DNA of 64,000 nucleotides from an uncultured Bacilli bacterium (GTDB lineage Bacteria; Bacillota_I; Bacilli_A; RF39; UBA660). The position numbers and the translations under genes are program-made. Below the pieces are notes generated by a model, which saw only the letters and a program-made list of their open reading frames with translations, was not told the DNA's origin and made no database searches. Below, one piece after another: positions 1 through 9,987 of the stretch. Location: NCBI GenBank assembly GCA_934101595.1, contig CAKORR010000003.1, positions 36,479 through 100,478 of the forward strand. The letters are read 5' to 3'. How positions within the stretch are numbered: the first letter of the stretch is position 1; every line of letters starts with the position of its first letter.

Positions 1-1754
1 AATAGTATATAATCTAATATCAACACTATATTCTTTAGCCATTTCCTTAGTAATTGCACTTGGTGATACATTAAATCCTATAATGATTGCATTAGATGCA
101 TTTGCTAAGACAACATCAGATTCAGTAATTGTTCCAATGCCACTGCGAATTACCTTAACTCTTACATCTTCAACGGCAATTTTTTCTAATGCATTCTTAA
201 CTGCTTCTTCTGATCCTCTAACATCGGCTTTTAAAACAACATTAACTTCTTTTTGACCTTCATTAATCTTTGCAAATAAATCATCTAAAGAAACAATATC
301 TTTTTTATATTTGCTTTCTTTACTTTGATTTAAACGTTTTGCCGCTACGCTCTTAGCCTCTGCTTCAGTTTCGAAAGCCATAAATTTATCACCAGCAGAT
401 GGATTATCATTTAAACCTGTTATCTCAACTGGAGTGGATGGTCCAGCCTCAACAATATTTTCGCCCAAATCATTTTTCATAGTTCTTACTCTTCCATGAG
501 TTGTTCCAACTACAATTGGATCTCCTAATCTAAGAGTACCATTTAAAATTAATAAGCTTGCAATACCACCAATATTTTTATCAACTTTGGATTCAATTAC
601 AGAACCAATTGCATATCTATTTGGATTAGCTTTTAATTCATTTACTTCACTAATCGTTTGAATTGTCTCTAAAAGTAAATCAATTCCTTCGCCCGTTTTT
701 GCTGAAATATTAATAAATGGAATGTCACCGCCCCATGATTCAGGAGTAATATTAATTTCAGCCATTTCTGTATATACTCTTTCAATATTAGCATCTGGCA
801 TATCAATTTTATTTACAGCAACAATTATTGGTACATTTGCGCTTAAAGCATGATCAACAGCTTCTTTTGTTTGAGGCATTACCCCATCATTAGCTGCTAC
901 TATAATAATAACTATATCAGTAACACTTGCTCCTCTTGCCCTCATCTCTGTAAATGCCGCATGCCCTGGGGTATCAATAAATGTAATTTTGTCATCTTTA
1001 TATTTTATTTGGTAAGCTCCTATGTGTTGAGTTATCCCACCAAATTCTTTATCAACTACATGACTATTACGTATATAATCTAATAAGGTTGTTTTGCCAT
1101 GATCAACATGCCCCATAATTGTTACGATTGGAGGCCTTTTAACCAAATCTTCTTCATTATCTATGACTTCAAATTCTTCGAAATTAGCAACATCTTGTGT
1201 TTCTTCTTTTTTCAAAGTCTTATTATAATCTAAAACTACTATTTCAGCTGTTTCATAATCAATACTTTGATTTAGATTTAACATCATCCCTAAAGACATT
1301 AATTTTTTTATTATTTCAGCACCATTTATATCTAGTGCCGCAGCTAAATCATTAACCGTCATATTTTCTTTATATAATACAATATCTTTTTTTACTTCAT
1401 TTGATTTTAGCTTTTCTTTGTGCTTATACATTTCCTTCTTTAAATTTTTAAACTCTTTAGCACTATCTGATTTATTTTGCTTTTTTAATTTTTGCTTTTT
1501 AGTATGAGTATCCATGTGTTTTTCAATATTACCGCTTTCGATAATAGTTTCAACAACATCATCAATTTCATCTGCCTCATCAAATGTTACATCATCATCA
1601 GTACTAATAAGATTAATTGTATTATCAAGTAAAATAATATCATCATCAGTTAAAACGTCAGTTGCATCTTTTACCTCAATACCTAACTCTTGGCATTTTT
1701 TTAATATTTCAGCTGGTGTTAAATTCACATCAATCGCATATTCTTTAACAGTCA
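1..1754 (-). CDS. infB: translation initiation factor IF-2; N-terminal ~585 aa, C-terminus lies beyond window start
   Basis: Minus-strand frame is open from ATG at 1754-1752 (GGGTG RBS) to the window edge. N-terminus reads MTVKEYAIDVNLTPAEILKKCQELGIEVKDATDV (IF-2 N-domain). G-domain motifs GHVDHGKTTLLD, DTPGHAAFT and NKID are readable. The ORF track omits it because it runs off the window. Confidence 0.9.
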
Positions 1755-1770
1755 TATTTTCACCCTTTCT

Positions 1771-2025
1771 TTATTGTAATATATTTTTTAAATTTTCATA
1801 AAACTCATCGGGAACTTCGATATCCAAAGCTCTATCTAAAGCCTTAGATTTTTTTAGTTTCTCAATTATCGTTATATCTTTTTTTATATATGCCCCTTTA
1901 CCATTTTTTTTGCCAGTTTCATCAACTAAAATTTCTTTATCCGGAGTTCTAACAATCCTTAATAAATCACGCTTTTCAAGCTTTTCTTTGGTAACGATGC
2001 ATGTTCTTAACGGAATCTTTTTCAT
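1771..2025 (-). CDS. ylxR: YlxR/DUF448 family RNA-binding protein
   Basis: 84 aa with MKKIPLRTCIVTKEK...LLRIVRTP motif. Sits between nusA and infB as in the nusA-ylxR-infB operon. Confidence 0.8.
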   Translation of the reverse strand: MKKIPLRTCIVTKEKLEKRDLLRIVRTPDKEILVDETGKKNGKGAYIKKDITIIEKLKKSKALDRALDIEVPDEFYENLKNILQ

Positions 2026-2039
2026 GCGCCCTCCAAGTT

Positions 2040-3152
2040 TTATTTATTTCCTTCTTCATTAATTTGTTTTAATGTTTTTACAGAAATCTTATATTTAGTA
2101 AGTTTGCTAGCTAACACAACATTTGAGCCTTTTTTCCCAATAGCTAAGCTTAAATTATCATCACTTACAATTGCTAGCGCTTCTTTCTTTACTGGATCAG
2201 TAATACTTACAATCGCATCTTTAGCTGGGGAAAGAGCGTTCTTTATGAATTCTTCAGGAACTTCACTATATAGTACTAGATCTACTTTTTCACCATTTAA
2301 TTCTTTTAAAATACTTCCTATTCTTGATCCACGTTCACCAATACATGCTCCGATTGGATCAATTTTTTCATTGTTTGAAAATACTGCAACTTTACTACGA
2401 ACACCAGCTTCTCTAGCTACAGCATATAATTCAATTGTTCCATCTTGCAATTCTGGTATTTCAACTTCAAAAAGTCTTTTAACGAATCCATAATGTTTAC
2501 GTGATAAAAGAATAACTGGTCCCTTAGGTCCATTTTCAACTTTTGTTATATAAACTCTAATATTAGAACCCATTTTAATTTCTTCACCAGGAATTATTTC
2601 TGATTTTGGAAGAATTCCTCTTGTTCTACCTAAATCGATATAATAATTACGAGCATCTTCCATAGCTACCAACCCAAGCATCATTTCAAATTCTTTATCT
2701 TGAAATTCATTAATAATACTTTCTTTTTCAGCTTCTCTAATTTTTTGAGTAACTACTTGTTTAGCGGTTGCGGCTGCTACTCTACCAAAATCTTCAGGAG
2801 TTACTTCTTTTTCAATTGTTTCTCCAACCTTTATTCCTGGAACCATTTCCTCAGCTTGTTCTAATATAATTTGAGCATCTGGATTTATTTTAGGAGGAAT
2901 TTTAACAACATTTCCTTCCTCGTCTACTTCTTCTGTTCCAAAATCAACATCATCAACAACAATTAAATAAGAATATACTTTAATTTCACCAGTTTCTCTA
3001 TTAATGTCTACTCTAACATTGGTCTTAGAATCAAAATTCTTTTTATAAGCCGTTTGAAGAGCTAATTCTAACGCTTCAAAAATGACATCTTTACTAATAT
3101 TTTTTTCTTCAGCTAAATTATTTAAAGCTTTAATTAATTCTTTACTATTCAT
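2040..3152 (-). CDS. nusA: transcription termination/antitermination factor NusA
   Basis: 370 aa with N-terminal NusA domain, S1 and KH regions (VGETIEKEV..., GRTRGILPKSE, KH-like C-terminal part). Conserved position after rimP. Confidence 0.9.
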   Translation of the reverse strand: MNSKELIKALNNLAEEKNISKDVIFEALELALQTAYKKNFDSKTNVRVDINRETGEIKVYSYLIVVDDVDFGTEEVDEEGNVVKIPPKINPDAQIILEQAEEMVPGIKVGETIEKEVTPEDFGRVAAATAKQVVTQKIREAEKESIINEFQDKEFEMMLGLVAMEDARNYYIDLGRTRGILPKSEIIPGEEIKMGSNIRVYITKVENGPKGPVILLSRKHYGFVKRLFEVEIPELQDGTIELYAVAREAGVRSKVAVFSNNEKIDPIGACIGERGSRIGSILKELNGEKVDLVLYSEVPEEFIKNALSPAKDAIVSITDPVKKEALAIVSDDNLSLAIGKKGSNVVLASKLTKYKISVKTLKQINEEGNK

Positions 3153-3153
3153 A

Positions 3154-3399
3154 TTATCCTCTTTCCTTACTTATAACGTCCAAAATATAACTATCCTTAG
3201 TAGTTACTTCTTTATCCACTATAGGATTTATTATGTGGGTTGCATCTACAATAGTATCTATATCAATACCATTTACCTTGTCTAATTCCACTGTTAGAAA
3301 GTTATATTTACCATTTTTCTTGTATGTTACACTACATACGATAATATTCTTATCTTTTAGTGCCTCTGCTATTTTTTCTTTTAAACTATCTAAATTCAT
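3154..3399 (-). CDS. rimP: ribosome maturation factor RimP, N-terminal domain only (truncated)
   Basis: 81 aa whose C-terminus ends with YILDVISKERG, matching the RimP N-domain end (YLDVSSPGAERPL in B. subtilis YlxS). Stop abuts the nusA start. Confidence 0.6.
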   Translation of the reverse strand: MNLDSLKEKIAEALKDKNIIVCSVTYKKNGKYNFLTVELDKVNGIDIDTIVDATHIINPIVDKEVTTKDSYILDVISKERG

Positions 3400-3420
3400 A
3401 CCTCACCTCATTTAGTTAAT

Positions 3421-3444
3421 AATAAAAGTGGGTTTTTGCCCACT
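3421..3444 (-). terminator. rho-independent terminator downstream of ylbL-like gene
   Basis: Hairpin AGTGGGCAAAAACCCACT followed by T-rich run on the minus strand. Confidence 0.5.
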
Positions 3445-3498
3445 TAAATCTGTCATGAATACATTATATCATAATAAACACTTAAATAAAAGACTTTT

Positions 3499-4518
3499 TT
3501 AATCTAAGTTTTTTAATGCCTTTATAGTTCCTTCTAAAGTAGAAACTTTTATTACTTTTAACTTCTTATTTCCATTAAGAGCTTTAATCGCATCATCATA
3601 GTTTTCTTCCGGACATAAAAATACATCCGCATGTTTTTTTATAGCTCCTAAAACCTTATATTTAACTCCACCTATTTCTCCGACATTACCAGATGCATCT
3701 ATAGTTCCAGTCCCAGCAATAATTTTACCTTTTGTTATATCTTCTTTAGTTAATTTATTATAAATACTTAAAGCCATCATTAATCCTCCACTTGGACCTG
3801 ATTCACTTTCTTTAGTTTTTATCTTTACTTCTGGATTTGTCACATAATCATATGTTGTTATAACTGAGACACCTATTTTTAGTTCATTATCAACTTTAAA
3901 TACTTTACTCGTTGTTAAAACTTCTTTTTTTCCTCTTTTAACTAAAATATTTAAAACATCATTTTCTTTATGAGAATTAATTATTTTTTTCATTTCCGCA
4001 AGACTTTTAATCTCAATATCATCAATTGATATTATTTCATCATAATCTTTAATAGTAGTCTCTGCATCTTTAAGAACATATATTACATGATTATGATATC
4101 CTGTAATATCCAGCTTATGATCCGTTAATTTATAACTAGATATAATAGCATTATCTATAGATTCCTGAGTTTGAATCCGATCCTTTTTTAAAGTTTCTGA
4201 AACACTATCACCATCATAAGTTACATTTTCACTTTTTTCTAAGTCCCAATTAGGCATAATATATGATAACAACACAAATGGTATTTTTCCTTTAAGCATC
4301 GAAACATAACACATACCTATTTTTCCTTTTGTTTCATAGCCATTCTTAACATTTATACGATTATTTAAATTAACTAGCCCACCTGGTTTATAAATAACAA
4401 AAGGAAGCTCTATTGAAAATAAAGCCACTAAAACAGCTATTATTATTAATTCCTTTAAATTATTCTTGATAAATTCTTTTATTTTTTCATATATATTAGT
4501 AAACAATATCATCACCAT
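3499..4518 (-). CDS. ylbL: YlbL/SepM-like PDZ domain protein with Lon-type (S16) protease domain
   Basis: N-terminal TM, PDZ-like region, and C-terminal ...GPSGGLMMALSIYNKL... Lon catalytic-serine motif. Neighbours ylbJ as in B. subtilis. Confidence 0.7.
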   Translation of the reverse strand: MVMILFTNIYEKIKEFIKNNLKELIIIAVLVALFSIELPFVIYKPGGLVNLNNRINVKNGYETKGKIGMCYVSMLKGKIPFVLLSYIMPNWDLEKSENVTYDGDSVSETLKKDRIQTQESIDNAIISSYKLTDHKLDITGYHNHVIYVLKDAETTIKDYDEIISIDDIEIKSLAEMKKIINSHKENDVLNILVKRGKKEVLTTSKVFKVDNELKIGVSVITTYDYVTNPEVKIKTKESESGPSGGLMMALSIYNKLTKEDITKGKIIAGTGTIDASGNVGEIGGVKYKVLGAIKKHADVFLCPEENYDDAIKALNGNKKLKVIKVSTLEGTIKALKNLD

Positions 4519-4546
4519 AACAATTATAGCAAAAAATGGAGAGAAT

Positions 4547-5422
4547 ATGAAAAAGAATTATAAAGATTACTTAATAATCATTGGAAGTTTACTATTTTTA
4601 TACTTTTCACTAACTAATAATAAATTAATTAATTCATCAATTATTAATAGTATTAGTCTTTTTATAAAGAAAGTGTTTCCCTCTTTGTTTCCCATGATAA
4701 TGATAAACAATATTTTATTAGATTATAACTTTTCTTATTATATTTCTAAAATATTTAAAGAAAAAGGTATCAAATATTACACTATGTTATTAAGTATAAT
4801 AAGTGGCTCCCCAAGTAACGCCATTATAATAAAAGAACTTTATAAAAATAAGACAATCGATAATGTTATGGCAAATAATTTACTAACCTTCACATATTTT
4901 GCAAGTCCCATATTTCTAATTACTATGTTATCTACGATCTTTAATTATAAAACAACCATTAAATTAATATTAATAACTTACATATCTAATTTTATTATAA
5001 GTATTTTTATACCCTTTAATAAAATTAATCCCAATTTAAAAAAGAATGAAAACCCATCCCTTTCAATATCTATTTCTAAATGTATGAATACTTTATTAAT
5101 GATTTTAGGAACCATCACTTTTTTCATTCTTTTATCAACATTTTTAATAAATATATTTAACTTAGACCCAATTAATCAAGTATTCATAAAGGGATTTTTA
5201 GAACTAACACAAGGTTTAAATGCATTAACAATAATTAACAATATTAAATTAAAAGAGATAATAGCAGTTATGTTTATTTCCTTTGGTGGTTTATCAATAC
5301 ACATGCAAATAAAAAGTATCTTAAAAGATACTAATTTATCATATAAATACTTTTTATTTGGCAGGCTATTATCAATGATTATTAGTGTATTAATAACTAT
5401 AACTAGATCTAGCCTTTTCTAA
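4547..5422 (+). CDS. ylbJ: sporulation integral membrane protein YlbJ (nucleoside-recognition/Gate domain)
   Basis: ATG at 4547 with GGAGAG RBS. SLFIKKVFPSLFPM, MNTLLMILGTITFFILLSTFL and FISFGGLSIHMQ align to B. subtilis YlbJ motifs. Confidence 0.75.
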   Translation: MKKNYKDYLIIIGSLLFLYFSLTNNKLINSSIINSISLFIKKVFPSLFPMIMINNILLDYNFSYYISKIFKEKGIKYYTMLLSIISGSPSNAIIIKELYKNKTIDNVMANNLLTFTYFASPIFLITMLSTIFNYKTTIKLILITYISNFIISIFIPFNKINPNLKKNENPSLSISISKCMNTLLMILGTITFFILLSTFLINIFNLDPINQVFIKGFLELTQGLNALTIINNIKLKEIIAVMFISFGGLSIHMQIKSILKDTNLSYKYFLFGRLLSMIISVLITITRSSLF

Positions 5423-6241
5423 AGCAGTTCTGAAGTCGCTTGAATCACAGTTATTTTCGGGAATTATATCATAAATTCCATTTTTATCACAATTTTCCTT
5501 AAGTCGATATAATGGTTCACTGCCTAACGTATATTGCTCTTCACAAGTACCACCGTAAACTATGGCTTTGATGCTTGAAATTCTAAATGGAATTTCAATC
5601 ACACCAGCAATTTGGCTGTCTTTATTTATAATATAATATTTTCTAATGATTTGAATATCATTATTATTTTCTCGAATCGCTGAACTGCATCCCATAATTT
5701 TTTTTGTATTTTCAAACTTCCAAGTGTTCATTGTAGAAGTAGAATCTGTAGAAATATGATCATACCCATTTCTTTCATAAATATAATGATCACTAATATG
5801 AGCATTTTTCAATTGGATTATGCCACTATTATATGTTTTAATAATTATTCCATTACAATCTAATCTATCGCATTTATCCTTTATTAACAAAGGGCTCTGT
5901 TCAGATTTAGGCTCATGAATCCCATATGCAAATGCATCTTCTATCCGTCTATTTTCAATTGTGCTGCCGCCAAAGCCTTCTGCAAGTACTACGGAAGCAT
6001 TTCCGCCATTTTTAGAAAGAGCATTTATTTTGTTGATATAATCAGTAACCGTGTATTCTATTTCTTGAATTTTCATATAATTTGAGTACTTTGTATCTAT
6101 TTTTTTCTTTTGAAATTTAACATCACTGATCAATCTATACATAAAAACCATAACACCAGTTAAAAGAACAACTGAGACAAGTAATTCGACTAATGTCATT
6201 CCTTTATTATTTACTTTATTCAACGGATGAACAGCCTCCAT
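5390..6241 (-). CDS. type IV prepilin-like protein (minor pilin/pseudopilin candidate)
   Basis: Leader MEAVHPLNKVNNKG followed by MTLVELLVSVVLLTGV: a class III signal with G(-1) and E(+5). Start is uncertain; alternative ATGs are at 6304 and 6262. Confidence 0.6.
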   Translation of the reverse strand: MEAVHPLNKVNNKGMTLVELLVSVVLLTGVMVFMYRLISDVKFQKKKIDTKYSNYMKIQEIEYTVTDYINKINALSKNGGNASVVLAEGFGGSTIENRRIEDAFAYGIHEPKSEQSPLLIKDKCDRLDCNGIIIKTYNSGIIQLKNAHISDHYIYERNGYDHISTDSTSTMNTWKFENTKKIMGCSSAIRENNNDIQIIRKYYIINKDSQIAGVIEIPFRISSIKAIVYGGTCEEQYTLGSEPLYRLKENCDKNGIYDIIPENNCDSSDFRTALEKARSSYSY

Positions 6242-7820
6242 TCCCTCTAACTTTAATTGCATAAGGTGATGATTTAGAACCGTTTCCCGAACATAGTACA
6301 ACATCTTCTTTCAAATTAATTACTGGCCTTACACCATATGATAAATCCCCAGCAACAATCTTAAGTTCACCATTATTAGTTACTGCAAAATAATATGGTG
6401 CCATTTTTGTTCCACCGCCACTAAGTTTCGAGTCCTTTGTTTCAACAAATCCGGCTAAAAACTTATGTGCTGTTGTGTCATTAAAACCATTCATATCTGC
6501 CATCCCCTGCGTCATTGTCCAAAAACTATCTTGTGTTGTTATATTATCGCTAATTTTCTTCTCAGCATTAAATAGATAGAATTCTTTGTTAGCTTTTCCC
6601 GCAACTGCACCAGCCATAGCAACTTCGTCAGCTGATATTGTTCCCACTGGGTATTTTAATGATTTGTTTCCTTTATTGGTTGTAGCATTTTTGAATTCAT
6701 TATCGTCAGTAATATTATTGGTATTGCTTCCATATGAATAACAACTTAAATTATAAATTGAGTTTTCTTTAAAAATTGCAGCATCTGCGGAGCTCTCACA
6801 TTTAAGAGTTGGTTTTACAATACTAGAACCATTATTATTGTTATAATATAATAATCTACCAATGCCTTTATAATACCTTTGACCCCACTTAAATACGGCT
6901 AATTCATATTTTCTTTGTAGTTTCTTAAAAAAACTATCTTCATCCACATTTGAAATAAAATTTCCAAGCTCAAAATCATCGTTCTTACATCCATTATCAG
7001 CAGCTTTATCACACTCGTTAATAATGTTTTTATCTCCAACGAATAAGCTTCCCTCTTTTACGAAATCTTTCGGAGAATATGTTTCACCATTGGATAGCAC
7101 AAAATTTCCTTTTATTACTCTTTCATAAAAACGATCAGCCTTATTCTTAACTAAAGAATCATGATTATTAAGATATTTATTAATTCCAAAATTATTTCCC
7201 AAATCTCCTTTACCTTTTGCATACATGTAACCCATTTTAGAAGGATTCATATTAGTAAAATCATCTAAATATGTTGTGTAACAAGCATAACTATTGCAAA
7301 TACTTGTATCGTACCCTTCTAATATATCTTTTGAATATAATGAAGTGTTTAATATGATTCTTATGCTACCGTCTCCATTTATTCTTATAATACGCCATAA
7401 TCTTCCAGCAAAAACAACATAATTATCATCTTCAGCTCCACGATAATAGTAACTATTCCCAAGATCATCTACAGCCATAAACATTCCTTCCTCTGTTGTG
7501 GCCACCTCTAAAAAATCAGGCTTTTCTCTTTTGTTTAAAGCTTTTTTTATTTCTTCGATATCAAAGCTAACATCTTTAAATGTATCTCCGTATTTTGAAT
7601 TACCAGTTTTATATTCCTTATACTCAGCTTTTAAAAGACAATCTTTGAGAGTATCACCAACAGTGCAGTCGTACGCCATTGGATCTGGTATATTTGCAGT
7701 GTACCTCTTTTTCAAATAATATTTATTAGTTAATGACATAAGTGTTGCTATCATTAATAGAATAAATACTATAAAAAAACTATATATCATTGAAGTTGAA
7801 ATAAATCCATTTTTTTTCAT
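6216..7820 (-). CDS. large (534 aa) pilin-like secreted protein; minor pilin lacking Glu5 (GspK/ComGG-like position)
   Basis: N-terminus MKKNG followed by FISTSMIYSFFIVFILLMIA: a prepilin-like KKNG motif and hydrophobic segment with Ser at +5. Co-oriented and overlapping with flanking pilin genes. Confidence 0.5.
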   Translation of the reverse strand: MKKNGFISTSMIYSFFIVFILLMIATLMSLTNKYYLKKRYTANIPDPMAYDCTVGDTLKDCLLKAEYKEYKTGNSKYGDTFKDVSFDIEEIKKALNKREKPDFLEVATTEEGMFMAVDDLGNSYYYRGAEDDNYVVFAGRLWRIIRINGDGSIRIILNTSLYSKDILEGYDTSICNSYACYTTYLDDFTNMNPSKMGYMYAKGKGDLGNNFGINKYLNNHDSLVKNKADRFYERVIKGNFVLSNGETYSPKDFVKEGSLFVGDKNIINECDKAADNGCKNDDFELGNFISNVDEDSFFKKLQRKYELAVFKWGQRYYKGIGRLLYYNNNNGSSIVKPTLKCESSADAAIFKENSIYNLSCYSYGSNTNNITDDNEFKNATTNKGNKSLKYPVGTISADEVAMAGAVAGKANKEFYLFNAEKKISDNITTQDSFWTMTQGMADMNGFNDTTAHKFLAGFVETKDSKLSGGGTKMAPYYFAVTNNGELKIVAGDLSYGVRPVINLKEDVVLCSGNGSKSSPYAIKVRGNGGCSSVE

Positions 7821-7835
7821 GACTCACCTCATTTA

Positions 7836-8339
7836 TTATTTTTTTGGACACTCTAAAGTAGCCATTGTTTCTGTACCAGTAATTTTTTCTTTAAAATATG
7901 CAATAAACAAATAACGTTCTTTATCAGAGCAGCTTTTTATTTCGTCTTTATAACCATATTGATTTTTACATGTAATTACTTTTAAAGATTCTAGATTATT
8001 TATATTTTTAATTGTCGGATCAAGATTGATTGTTCCTTCTTTATTGTGCCACTCATTTCCTATAGGACCAGTTTTATTATATGTTTTAGTTATTAATTTC
8101 TTACCTAAATATGTCCCCTCGCCATATTCGCAACTAAAACCATCTACGTTTTCAAAAAGGTAATTTCTAATATTAATTATTTTTATTTCATCACTAACAC
8201 CTGTACTGTCTAATCTTCGTTCTTGAACGCCAATAGATGAAGTATATCCTTTATAAACCGAAAGCAATCCAATCATTAAAATTGCACACATTACAATAGT
8301 TTCAACAAAAGAAAAGCCCTTTTTACTCAGCATTAACAC
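7836..8339 (-). CDS. type IV prepilin-like pseudopilin
   Basis: MLMLSKKG followed by FSFVETIVMCAILMIGLL: a canonical G/FxxxE prepilin motif. Confidence 0.7.
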   Translation of the reverse strand: MLMLSKKGFSFVETIVMCAILMIGLLSVYKGYTSSIGVQERRLDSTGVSDEIKIINIRNYLFENVDGFSCEYGEGTYLGKKLITKTYNKTGPIGNEWHNKEGTINLDPTIKNINNLESLKVITCKNQYGYKDEIKSCSDKERYLFIAYFKEKITGTETMATLECPKK

Positions 8340-8818
8340 ACATCTCCTCCCGCTGCATTAAAAGCTTTTGCACTTCTTGCACCTGTGATTTTATTAATTG
8401 ATAAAACAATCCTTATACGCAAATATTCATTTGTTATTGGATTTTTAAATTCCTCACATTCACATTTATGTATTTGACTTTTAGTATCCCACGTATATGC
8501 ACTTTTTTGAGCTATTAAATTACATATACTCATAACATCATTATTCAAAAAGTTTATACTAGGTTTATAAAAAAAAGTTATGTCATAGGTTGTTTCTTCT
8601 GAATTACTTCCAGATGTTGGTGAGATATCATAAAATGCCTTTGGATTTTCATTCGCATATTCAATAGCTTTTTGTTCTATATATGCTACTTTTCTTTTGC
8701 ATTCTCTAACTTTGTTGTCTTTAATAACCTTAGAGTAAGATACTACCGCTATAGAAGAAATAATACCTAATACAGCTATTACAGCTAATAATTCAACTAA
8801 AGTAAAGCCCTTCTTCAT
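8333..8818 (-). CDS. type IV major pilin-like protein (PilA/ComGC-type)
   Basis: MKKG followed by FTLVELLAVIAVLGIISSIAV: a textbook N-methylation/prepilin motif. First gene of the pilin operon. Confidence 0.8.
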   Translation of the reverse strand: MKKGFTLVELLAVIAVLGIISSIAVVSYSKVIKDNKVRECKRKVAYIEQKAIEYANENPKAFYDISPTSGSNSEETTYDITFFYKPSINFLNNDVMSICNLIAQKSAYTWDTKSQIHKCECEEFKNPITNEYLRIRIVLSINKITGARSAKAFNAAGGDVC

Positions 8819-8872
8819 TTTACTCCTACTTTCCTAATATAACTTTAACATATTAATACTATTTTGTCCATT

Positions 8873-8896
8873 TAAAAAAGCCTATAAATAGGCTTA
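8873..8896 (-). terminator. rho-independent terminator after ysxE-like gene
   Basis: Hairpin AAGCCTAT..ATAGGCTT followed by T6 on the minus strand. Confidence 0.5.
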
Positions 8897-9093
8897 TCAA
8901 ATATACAAAAAAACATTTTATACATAATTTATAATAGGTGACTAAGATGAGACTAAGAGGTTGTAATAATGGTGGCTTTTTCACCATAGCAGGAATACTT
9001 TTCCTAAGTGTATTAATATTTTATCAAACACTTATAACTTTAATCTTTCCGTTTAGATTTAATATATTTATTTTATTAATTGAAGTGAGTTTA

Positions 9094-9987
9094 TTATTCT
9101 TCCTCTTCTTTAGAATAATATGGCCTCACTAATTCTTCTGTCTTAAATATATAGTCTAAATCGCATCTAATATTTTTACAATTTATAAAAACACTATCTT
9201 TAAACTCAATCTTGGGTGGTAGAGATATAACTATGAAAAATAGTTTTAATTCTGCCTCTGAAAGAGGATACTTTTTTAAGTATTCTTTTAGCAAAACAGA
9301 AAAATCATAATTAAAATATTCTTTCTTATAGAAATTTACTATATCTAGAATGGGAGTGTCTATTCTAGATTTATCCCAACTAATTAGATAATCTTTTTCA
9401 CCTTTAATAAAATGATCTGTTTCTAGATTATTATGAATTAAGCTTACCCTCTGCTTAGTTTCATCTTTCACCAAATCATACCAGTCATCTAAATTGTCTT
9501 GGCAAAACTTTAAAGCCAAAAATATTTTATAAGCATTTCTCATGAATAAGTACTTATCTGGACTTAGAGTACTTTCCATAAATAATGCTTCGTATGTATT
9601 ATTATAATATTCATTTAAATAATTAATGTTACTAATAATATTCTCATAAATTTCTTGATACTTGTCTTTGCTTACTTCTTTAAAATAACTGGTCTTATTA
9701 TGTAGTAAGCTAACAACATCTATTAAATCACTTGCTTTTTGTTCTCTAGGCATATCAGTATCTTTTATATATTCAAATACATTCACACTTCTTCTTGAAT
9801 GGTCTATTAACTTTGGAAAATAATTAAAATTTCTACTTTCTAAATATGAATACAATTCTTTTAAATCTTTTGTCTTTTCTTTTAAAACAAAGTCACCACT
9901 AGTCGTTTCAAGAATAGTAGCGTGACCTTTTATTGTATATTTAAGGGGCTTATAAATATCTTTTAGAACATCGAGACTTTTAGTCAT
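9094..9987 (-). CDS. ysxE: CotS-family spore coat protein (YsxE-like, kinase-like fold)
   Basis: 297 aa CotS/phosphotransferase-like protein immediately downstream of spoVID and overlapping its stop, as in the B. subtilis spoVID-ysxE operon. Confidence 0.6.
   Translation of the reverse strand: MTKSLDVLKDIYKPLKYTIKGHATILETTSGDFVLKEKTKDLKELYSYLESRNFNYFPKLIDHSRRSVNVFEYIKDTDMPREQKASDLIDVVSLLHNKTSYFKEVSKDKYQEIYENIISNINYLNEYYNNTYEALFMESTLSPDKYLFMRNAYKIFLALKFCQDNLDDWYDLVKDETKQRVSLIHNNLETDHFIKGEKDYLISWDKSRIDTPILDIVNFYKKEYFNYDFSVLLKEYLKKYPLSEAELKLFFIVISLPPKIEFKDSVFINCKNIRCDLDYIFKTEELVRPYYSKEEEE

Noticed and set aside
1514-1801. 95-aa plus-strand ORF
   Set aside because: Lies entirely antisense within the IF-2 N-terminal coding region. 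Low-complexity Ser-rich translation typical of an AT-rich antisense frame.
2104-2493. 129-aa plus-strand ORF inside nusA
   Set aside because: Antisense to a well-supported nusA; no RBS.
7806-7813. A8 homopolymer at codons 2-4 of the 534-aa pilin gene (possible slipped-strand phase-variation tract)
   Set aside because: A/T runs of 7-9 nt are frequent throughout this very AT-rich window (intergenic and coding). No basis to single this one out.
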